DNA of 52,465 nt, counting the filler, from Catajapyx aquilonaris (Eukaryota): NCBI GenBank assembly GCA_000934665.2. It is 3 parts of 3 records of this genome, joined end to end, with 100 filler letters (N's around TTAATTAATTAA, not from the genome) between each part and the next. Parts side by side here need not be neighbours in the genome. Positions count along the whole stretch, not along the records: positions 17,505 to 34,979 come from JYFJ02006960.1; positions 35,080 to 52,465 come from JYFJ02006961.1; 1 more part is not named here. One strand, 5' to 3'. The notes below the pieces were generated by a model. The model was given only the letters and a program-made list of their open reading frames with translations. It was not told where the DNA came from and did not search any database. A program made the translations under genes and the position numbers. Below, one piece after another: positions 25,201 to 35,358 of this stretch. Each line of letters begins with the position of its first letter. Position 1 is the stretch's first letter.

Positions 25201-25450
25201 ATGGGAGGAGGCAGCGCCTCTGGTGGGTGGGAGGAGGAACTGTTCGTTGCCTCCAACCCAATGTACCAACAACCTTTCTGCCTTTATTATACGTCCCGTA
25301 TTATAAAGCAGAAAGTTTGTTGGTATGTCATGGCTACCTTACCCACTTTAGGAGTGCTGCGTGTGCTGAAACTTGGTATTACGTGACGATGATTTCGGGA
25401 AAAGTATAAAAACTGCAATTTTTGAGTCTAAATACCAAAAAATAATTTTA

Positions 25451-25585
25451 TGGTGGTGGAAATGAATGAAGAAGCGCAAGTGTCGCCTCCTGGCGGAGCT
25501 TTTCCTTTACATGAAAGAGCTTCATGTAAAGGAAAAACTCCGCCAGGAGGCGACACTTGCGCTTAATCATTCATTTCCACCACTG
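25451..25585. mobile_element. Tc1/mariner-type hairpin MITE
   Basis: GTGGTGGAAATGAATGA...TCATTCATTTCCACCACTG|TA with ~62-bp arms and a short loop. Confidence 0.8.
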
Positions 25586-26514
25586 TACGCCTATAAAGAA
25601 GTCAATATTTAAAACGTATATAGGCTATTACAGGAAAGTCGTGATTTTTTAAAAAATAAACCAGAGTGTGCCCCTAGTTTTAATTGCCAAAAGTGCAGGC
25701 CAGGAGTAAATGAATGGATTGGATACATCGTCGGATTACTCGGATTGATTGGATGTGCAATGCAATGTGGAAGAGTTTTACCCCATGTTGTTCTGGGATC
25801 TTTTCCAGCAGCCCCCCAGCTCCTTTCGGTTCCGGGGGCTCCAGAGTTACTTATCCGGGAGGGGGGGTTTTATTGATGCTTTCCAATCCGTATTTTCTCC
25901 CCCTGTTTAGATAGCTGCCGTGTATTGGATGGGAAATCATTAAGTTGCTCCTGACTGATGGATATATGCGCCTGAAACGGTTATGGTTGTGCAAGAAGCG
26001 TTGCCCTCACATGGAAATGGGGCGTAAAGGCGCGAAGTATATCCGGGGCCTTATACCCCACCCACACCTACATTGTACAAAAAAAAAATGCAGGTGAGAA
26101 GGTTGCGTGCAAGCAAAGCTGATGGTGCAGGGTAATGGAACCAGACCCTGAGTCTGGGTGGCGAGGTAAAGCTCTGCGGGGGAAAATGGTAATGCGAGGC
26201 ACCTATAGCTAGCAGCAGACTACACCTGCCGCCTCCTCTCTCAAAAACCATATCCATCCAGCAGCTCCCCCCCGCCCAGCAGGGGTATATTACACCGGGG
26301 GTAATCCATTACTGCGCCACTTAAATCTGCACAGGGCTCCAAAAATTACTTCCGGAATGACCGACACGGATTGTTGACACGATTACGCCCGCAGGGACGA
26401 TTTCGCGACGTATCATCGGATATACATGATAATCGACCACCAACATGCAAATTCTCAATAAGTTAATTAAGATATGAACATTCAAAAATCCATTTTGCCA
26501 ACTTCTTAAAACAA

Positions 26515-26760
26515 ATATACACATATAAATGAGAAAGTTTGTTTGTTCCATACCGCGCCTCTACTGCCCTTTACCCTCTATACCACCCATTATCTCCCAT
26601 AGCAACAGGGTTACCATTGCAACGGAGTCAAATCGTCAATTCCCGTGCGAAGAACGGGTATCCTGCTAGTTATACATATAAAAGGAGAAGTTTGTTTGTC
26701 CATGACATCAAAAAATAACGGTGGATCGTAGTCGATTACATTACCAGCATGGAAACACCG
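26515..26760 (+). mobile_element. Tandem non-autonomous Helitron units
   Basis: 5' motif ATATAAA...AAGTTTGTTTGT at ~26520. The 3' hairpin CCCGTGCGAAGAACGGG + CTAG (26642-26669) is followed at once by a second 5' motif (26670-26700). Confidence 0.68.
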
Positions 26761-29700
26761 CTGGTAGTACCCTTAACTAAAATGCTTCCGTCATGTCGTG
26801 TCACTATGGACGAATTTTGTGCAAGTGCGCAACACAGTTCGCGCACGTTGTTTCCAATTTCACTAAGCTTGAGGGGGTAACAATATGGCCGACCTTTGCG
26901 ATGTTGCCAAGGCTCTGGAACCTTAGAGGATACCAGAGGAGTAACTGTGTTGTCGGAACAATGGACTTGCGCGAGTGTGGGTGCGCACTCGGTTGCGTTA
27001 GTTGAAAAATTCATCGAGATAATTATTGTCGGAAGGATAAGCTTGCGTCACCTACTGATTTCATTCCCAACTTTTTTTTCGTGTATGTTGCACAAAACAT
27101 TGTGAGTTACGCCCGTTACAACGGACATTGATGTGATTAGTTACTTATCAGATTCGATATATTTTTTTGGACAATGTTGGGGGGGCGATACCACATCGAT
27201 TCTCAATGTTAAATTTTGGGGCGGATGTTGCCAAACCCCCAATTGAAATAGCCCAGTCAATGACCATCCCCATCGCATGAATCTTACAATCGGGCGTACA
27301 TTTTGGACGTTAACGACTCCAGCAGCGTGTATATATCACAAGCTGGAACCTGTGTAAGCATTTGGGAGTTGTCAAAGGGCAGCGTACTAAAGAGAATGCA
27401 AACATCCGGCACCATGCAGAAGAGCTGAGACTTGCTGGGGCTGGGCTTGAATGAAAGAAGGTTCTCCCCCTTCACCTACACCTTCTGCATCCTACGCATT
27501 CTTCTCACTAGTTTACCTTCGTCTGCTTTGAATGGCAGGGGGGGGGGAAAGAACCAAGAAGACAAACGAAAAAAAAACATCCTACAAAGCAACTCACTGA
27601 GTCCTCCGTTTTTGGCGAGCAAGTCACAATGAGAGTCGGAAATGAGAGTTGATTGTTTGCGGCGGAGGTTCTGAAAAGCAAAAGATATAGACAGGAGCAG
27701 ATGGCCTGTGGCGCCTTCTGACTCATTATGTACCGGAGGATGAGGAAAAAGGATATTTACCCCCTTCAACTGCAGTCTCTTCACTCTTTTTTTTTTTGGG
27801 GGGGGGGCAGAAAAAAATGAATCTTCCGGATGCAACTTCCGGATTCCATTTAATTAAAAAGTGGGCGGTCGTCCGGGAGGTTAAATGCCAGGCCATGGAA
27901 TGTCAAGGCATTATCGTATACTTTTAGTCAATATTTGCGCAGGAGGTTGCAAAACTGATATCGCAAGGTGCACTTTAAGTAATGTGCATGCTGAAACACA
28001 AGGACTTAATCGGATTATTTTTAAGCAGCTATTCTCGTAGCTGTATAATCATAAATCGTTGAAAAATCGTGTAATTACATTTAATAATCTCATTTCATCA
28101 TATGGCTCGAATAGGTTACTTTTTTAAAGGTGGTATCAAAATAATGCACATTGGCAACGGTTGAATGGAAACATCGTTTCAAGTCCTTGAATTATACAAC
28201 GAATTTCCGAGTGCAAAGCATGCGGGATTTGATCCGCTGGCTAAACACAGGGATTCGTGGTCAAGAGATGAGCCCGTAATTTTTTTTAAAGGCTCGGTCT
28301 CCCAACAGTGCAAAAATTCAGCCTAAAGTTACAATACGCACACAAAAAAATTTACTTCCCAGTCAGTATCAGAATAGTAAAAAAAAATGAATGACTTTTG
28401 GTCACACCTGATCGAAAAAGCTAACAATCCGTGACCAATCACCCTTAGTTTTTTATTCTCTGCAACACCTCCAAATGCAGTTCCCCCCCGGTCCTCAAAT
28501 TTTTACTCAAAAAGTTGGGAACCCGACACACACACACACACACAAAAAAAGATGGCTCCATCTCCTGGCTCATTTCTCCATATTGACCTCTGGTGCTGGC
28601 GCGCCAGTGAAAATAATGGCCCGGTGGAAATTGGAGCTGCACCATTCACGGACAATGGTTATCGCGTGCGACTAGAGTGTCCAATCTCAAGTTGTGTAAA
28701 AAGGAAGAAGGGGGGTAGGGTGAAGGGGGGGGACAGAGAAAAATGCTCTAAAGGAGTGCAGGAGAGGGGTAAGTGGAGGAGGGGAAGTAAAAGTGTGCTT
28801 TGGCGAAAAGTCGGTTGTAATCTGGCTGGAGGAAGGCAAGATTGCACCCCCATCCGCATGGAAATCGACTCCATTTCAAAAGCTTCGGGACTAAAAAATC
28901 ACTAATCTTGGTGCTGTATCAGAGACAAGATTTTTTTTTTGTGTCCCACAAAAAAATTTGTGAGGTCCACCACAGACATGAACATTAAGCTAATTACTCA
29001 TATCCGCGGCTACAAAAGTCTCCAGATCAATGTACCTAATCCTCTTATTCTCTCTGTCCACAAGTTTGTCCGGTCATAAACATACAAATAAAAATAAATA
29101 ACTAAACAAACAATTGAAAGAAAATGTTGAACATTCCATGATGCATGTTGAATTGGAGCGAAATTCACGTTATGTTAAAGAGATAAGTATAAGTGATAAA
29201 ACAGTGCGAAAATGTAAAACTCTCATTAATAAATGAACATGGACTGTCCCGCACATAGCGAGTCGTGAATATAGCTGCCACAATAGTTTGCAAAAACTAT
29301 TTTGTCGAACTTTCTCTCGCCTACTGATCGACTCATGAAAAAAATCTGTAACGTTTTGGCACACACTGTATAGTACTCGCCACTTTTTAGCAAAATGTTC
29401 AGAATTTGCAGGCTGAAATTTTGGGGGGAAGTAAATCCGGTGGCAATAAATTAATTTGGCCTTTATTTTTTTTCTTCTTCGAAAGCTGCTAGATGTGAGT
29501 GCTGCCATTGTTGGCACCACCCCAAAATTTCTCTCCAATGAAGGTGAGCGCTCTCGGGAGTTTTCCGTGTGCTGTCCCCTCTCCTATATAAGTTTCGAAA
29601 AGTTTTCTGGAGGTCCATAATGTGCAATAATTTGCGATAAAACTGGAAAAGAGGGAACGTCCATGAATAATTTTACAGCCTCCCTCAGCTTTTAATACTA

Positions 29701-30690
29701 AGTCCTAAGCAATGACTGCATAATTAAATTCTCGGTCGATACACTGTCAACTTACACATCGCGAACAGTTAGAAAATCGGTTGAAAATCGCCCCCCAATT
29801 TTTTTTTTGCTAACTACTAAAATTTGCAGATTAAATATTTTTTTCGAGGACATAACTGGATTTGAAACGGATCCTGCATATGACGCCATATCCTATCCAC
29901 CAATCAAGCAGCACGCTCTGTTGGGAATTTTCGGGGGATGGGTTTCATAGAGCCATTGAAGTGGGGGGTGGAGAAGCGGGGAGCTTTTGAAGGGGGGGGA
30001 AGGGTTGGGAGTTTAAAAAAAATGGAGAGACTGGGGCCAACTTTTAATGCCAGTAATTGCAGAGACGGGAGGAACTATTATCCAATAACTCGACGGGGCT
30101 TCGCAAATTCATATTAGCTTTAAATGGAATATGAAGTTTTTAATGAGAGGAGCAGTTACGGCAGTTGGTGTTGGGTTTTCGCGGCGGGGGGATAGCAAGC
30201 ACAGGGAATTTCGGATGGTGGGAGTGGATACGCCATAAAAAAGACCCTACCTATGAATTTTAACAGATATCCATAATTGATCATCGCAGTTGCAAGTTTA
30301 TTACTGGATCTCACGGGGTGAGGCTGAAATGTGACATTGTTTTGCGATTTTTAAAGCACCTCCCCTGCTTAGTTGCAAACCAATCGCTTTCAATTCGGTG
30401 CGTTTTAAACACAATTCTTTCACCCTGTGATCGAATCTTTCACACATTTTGTTAAATTAAAATGGGACATGGAACTTGGGAATGATTCACTGACGCTTCC
30501 GATAGATGGCAGCGTTCTTCCAATTGGTCACCATTTGCTGCCCAGTCTGAGCCAATTCTCACCCGTTTGTTTGCGTCCATATGCTAGAATGCATAATCTA
30601 GTAGAGAACCTGGCTTGTCCCCCCCTCCTCTCAATTAGCTGGATTCGATCCAAGAGCTCCCCTGAAACCGTTTTCTCTCTGCTCAATTAA

Positions 30691-30770
30691 CCCCACCAAG
30701 ATGGCGCTGGTTTCCGCAGCCAATCAGAGCCCGTGAAAATCCCCCTATCCAGAGCAAACATGGCTGGTAT
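30691..30770 (+). promoter_or_regulatory. Promoter-like cluster: YY1 motif and CCAAT box
   Basis: CAAGATGGCG at 30697-30706 and AGCCAATCAG around 30718-30727. Confidence 0.35.
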
Positions 30771-32072
30771 CTCTCTCTCGAACTTTATACAAAGCCCTAC
30801 TAACCCAGTCCCCAACTCTCAGAAAACTCTTCTCTTGTTTTTTTAAAATCCATTCTTTCCTTGATCCTTCTTCCCTACTGCTCATTTCTCAGTCACAGGT
30901 GACGGAAAAATAGGCCATTGGAAAGGGGCGGATGGAGTCGACAAACTGGCGGAACGACGTGCTGTAACCATAGGAACGACCCAGTTCAATATTCTTTATC
31001 GGGATTTAAATACGGGAGGAGGGCAAGGGGGGATGGTATTTTTTTTTAAAAAAAAGAAGTCCGCAAGAGAAGGAGTGGTACGGAATAAAGAATAGGTCCA
31101 ATTGGTTCGGTGGTGTCGTCTCAGCATCATCGTCCTCTTGCAGTCACGTCTCGGATTCCAACCTATCCGAAGCCAGAGTACAGAAGTAGGGTGGAAGAAG
31201 AAGCAGAGAGAAAAAAAAGAGGACGAAGAGCTTTTCAGTAATTACAGTTGTAAGTGGTTTCCATCAGGCGGGGATGTTGGAAACCCATTCTCTCTTTCCG
31301 CAAGTTTCTCTTCCACCCAGCACCAATCCAAAAGTTTATTAACGCTCTTCTGCGACGCTCCAACGATTCTTTCTGATCAAAGTTTTTTTTCTCTCTGGAT
31401 TGGTGGGGGAATCGTGCAATGCCCCTTGTTCATCTCACCTCAAGTTAACTTGCGACGCTTCCAGTTCTCACGAGACTTATAGGAAGTATACTCATTGTGG
31501 TGGGCAACGACACCTGGCAATTTTTTGATTAGTGTAACTTCTAACAAATCTTGCTCAAAGGCATGTTCTCATCCAATAAACAGTACATTTTCCTATAACC
31601 AGGTTTTACCTACAGTATTTTCTTGTAAAAATCTTCAGTCCTGCATTTGTCAATCCCACATCTCTTATATCCTGCTCCCCCCCTCTCTCTGCAAGCACTT
31701 TCATTTATATCTCCGACAGTTATTCCATCCCATCTGTCACATTCTGTCTCCACATTCCCAGAGGATAGGGGGGTTGCATCTAGACTACAAAATATCTGTC
31801 CCTGAGACTTGGGGAAAACCAAGAGGAAGCTTCCTTCGCTTTTTTTAACAGTGTCAAATCCGGTTGAAAACTTGGGAAGCTGTCGTTGCAAAAAAAACAA
31901 ACAATGCAACGTGTGCTGAGAAATAACTCAAAAATGGCCATACAAACAATGACGTCAGATGACGTCCTATTTCAATCCATTATTGTTTAGAAAGGCACTC
32001 TCCACACCGAGAGAAAATAATAAACATGGATGGAAACAAATAAAATATGGCTAGAAAAATAAATTATTAGTC

Positions 32073-32135
32073 TACGAGTAGAAAATAAATCAATACGAGT
32101 AGAAAATAAATCAATACGAGTAGAAAATAAATTAA
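32073..32135 (+). repeat. 21-bp minisatellite x3 (TACGAGTAGAAAATAAATYAA)
   Basis: Copies start at 32073, 32094 and 32115, with degenerate copies on both sides. Confidence 0.85.
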
Positions 32136-34639
32136 TACTCGTGAGTAGAAAAATAAAAATATTAGACAGTCAGTCTACTAGTAGAAAAATTAATATTATA
32201 TCTGAAATGGCTGGAAAAATGAATAACAACTAATGTCCCCAGCATGAATAGTGTGGAAATAAATAGGGCGAAAATTAATTCTTACCGGTAATATTTTTCT
32301 TACCTTTCATGCTGGACAGTCCTTCTCTGGAGTTGGTTAGTAGACCACCCAGTTTTTCATTGAAGTCCTAAAGGTACGTTTTATGCCCCTGTGAGGTTTC
32401 ACATCCCATCGAAGTCACAATGCCTGAGACGACACAATTTCTCCTCCTGTCCCAACTCCTTAGTCTATTTCAACCCCACAAGTCCACCCTGCTGTTGGGT
32501 CGAGAGAAAAAAAATAAACAGCCTTCTGCTACAAACGTGAATCGCAGCCCTCAGTTGACCAATCTATCCCAGAGTTCCCTTCATGTTGCTGCCCTATAGT
32601 CCAAAACCTGGCCAATTGGATTCCAGGCAAGGACGGATTTACGCCTGGAGGGGCCAAACCTCCATCCCAGCCTCCAGATTGAGTTTGCTCTCCACTAGTT
32701 ATCTCGAATTGCCAGTCCTTCCTATATACTTATCTGCACAAGAAAGTATCGAAAACAACAACCCAATTCTGCGGGCTAGTCATTCCCGATCTAACTCGTC
32801 CTGCAATTAGGATAAAATTTAGCAGTTGGCCCCCCCCCCGCAATTGCTATATCTTTGAAGTGTTTGCAGCCGACTCAGTCTGACGGAAATTATTAGGATG
32901 AGGAGGAGGGGTGAGCTTGCCTTCATTACCAGCGAGTGCAGCCGGCAACCATTTCCATCGTCACCTCAGCAATCATCATTATTGCGCACTTGCTCACCCG
33001 ACGTACCGCTGCCAGCTGCTCGCTAATCATCTCCGGAATTATTGTTCCGCCAGTCAACAACGGAAATGCGTGCCAACTTGTCCTCCTCCCCCACATCACC
33101 GTCGCTCATCTCTAATGCGAGGCCTTAATTAAACAGACGTTCCCTGATTTTAATTAGCAGCTTTTTAATACAATTTTGAGGATTCGTTGGTTATGGGGGG
33201 GCTTATTTTTTGTTGAAGGAATTGAGATGGGGGGAGTGCAACTTACGATTTTGGTATAATAGGATCAAAGTCTGACAAAACGTGTTAGGGTCCGAGATTG
33301 CTAGTTTGTGGTAGGGGCTAATATAGAGATGGTTCTCATAGACAGAAGGCAAAATCTATTAGGGTTGAGCACGGATGAAAAATTCGAGAATGATTAATAG
33401 CGTCTATCAAGTATGATAAAGTGCTTTTTAAAATCCGGATTCTTATTCAGATTGAATCTGAACTGGAATTTTACAACTGAAAGTGGATGTACTGTACAGT
33501 ATATACTGTACAGATTCACATCTTTTCCGAAATTAATACAGTCCTTGACTAACATTATCTGATGATCATCAAGTTGGTTTTCTTATAAGGAAATTGCAAT
33601 CTGGTGAGAAGTGTATATACTCTTACAACTTTAATCTTGAAATCACTCGATTGTGACTCTGATAGTTTTGCACTTTAGGTGTTCAATTATACATAATCTT
33701 TTCCGGAAAATTGTGTACAGTGCAGCCGGATCCTAAGTCGCGGAATCCGATATAGCAATTTTTTTTGCTGAAGGATCATGTGATGCAACATGCAAGATTT
33801 AAATCAGTACTGCAGGGAAGAAAAAATATAAGCAGATTTTAATTTCTGGCCGTACTTATTTTATCTTATTAAATCCGGTTTTATAAGCAATGTAAATTAG
33901 CACAGTCCGAATTTGTATAAGCAAGAATATGATTCAAAGCACGGTAAAATTTATGAATCGCTCCATATATGTAGATCTATACATGAACAGCAGAGCCAAA
34001 CAATAAAACGTTCATTGCTCTGCATCGACAGTAAAATTTTAGCCTAAAAAACTCATAAAACCATACCTTTACTTGTGCGCACCAATTTTTTCCACAAGCT
34101 CCCCCCCCCCCCAAAAAAAAAAGTTTAACTCCATTTACTGCAGCTACGCAGCAGCATTGTGTATGAGCAGGACATTTCCCAGTACCGGGCCTTTAATAAC
34201 ATCAGACATCCTCTGGGGATTCTGAATAGAAACTCCCAGAAACTTGTGATACATGAGTATCCTAACCGGAATGGACAAAACCTCCGCAATAATTCAACCG
34301 CAGCCTTTCCGTGACGAGCTTCACTGTGTTCAGGTATAATATAATCTACCAAACTTACAAAAAAGGAATGCGCAACAAAAGTAAAATTATTGCGAAACTC
34401 ATATTGCACGAATTCGATATTCTGACTTTAACATCCTTCCTTGCAATATTAACATCAAGCGAAATATGGCGTTCTGTACTGTTGTTAGGATTTTACTTCT
34501 GTTAGTTCAATTGCTCATAATGAGAAAAATCTATATTATTTATTTATTATATTTATTTAAGTTACCCCGGGGCATAGACCTTTTGGGGGGACAAAAATCT
34601 AGTATAATATTAAAATCCTTCAGACTATGACCTAGTCCT

Positions 34640-34845
34640 CTGATTGGTCCGTCGATTGTTGTTACCTCGACGTTTCCTATTGGCCCGTGATCTGCACATG
34701 CGCAATAGGTGGAGGAACTCCTCAGTAGTTTGCTGGAGGTCGACGAGTACACATCCCCTCTCCCGTAACACCTTCCTCCCTCTTCCACACACCCATCCCA
34801 TCTCCCCTCCACCCGCGTCGCTGTTTTCTACGCCTGCGCACTAGA
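34640..34845 (-). promoter_or_regulatory. Promoter-like region: two CCAAT boxes, NRF1-like sites
   Basis: Minus strand TGCGCATGTGCA-N9-CCAAT (34679-34704), a second CCAAT ~36 bp away (~34643), and CGCCTGCGCA at 34831-34840. Locally CpG-rich. Confidence 0.45.
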
Positions 34846-34979
34846 AAAACAAATTAGACGTTGCAGCATCTACAGTAAAATTTGTCAGCAGAAACTTCTT
34901 TAATTGTTGCTGCCAACAATTATTTTTTTAAAAAAAAGCTGTGCAATCAATTTTCCAATAATTTTTAATCAGCCCCCCC

Positions 34980-35079
34980 NNNNNNNNNNNNNNNNNNNNN
35001 NNNNNNNNNNNNNNNNNNNNNNNTTAATTAATTAANNNNNNNNNNNNNNNNNNNNNNNNNNNNNNNNNNNNNNNNNNNN
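34980..35079. other. Assembly gap (44 N + TTAATTAATTAA + 44 N)
   Basis: Same artificial 100-bp construct as 17405-17504. Confidence 0.97.
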
Positions 35080-35358
35080 GCACTTACATCTTGAGTCTGG
35101 TTGGTTAATTTATTAACAAGTACTTCTGACCTCTTTTTGGTTGGTTTCTTGCACTTACTTTATTAAGGCCTTTGTAATGGGTAGCTTAAATAATATTACA
35201 TCATTCAGATGGAAAAATATTTAGGCTATTTTTACAGGGCCTGAATTATTTATGTTTGATTGATTTTTGTATATTCAAGACGTTGCACATTGAATTTCGA
35301 CTCAGCATTTGCGCAGTAGTGTCGGTGTGTAAATTTGTATTACTCTGTTACATTTCAG

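Noticed and set aside
33906..33916. TCCGAATTTGT matching the 3' half of miR-10
   Set aside because: The seed and 5' half are absent and there is no precursor hairpin. An 11-nt match can arise by chance.
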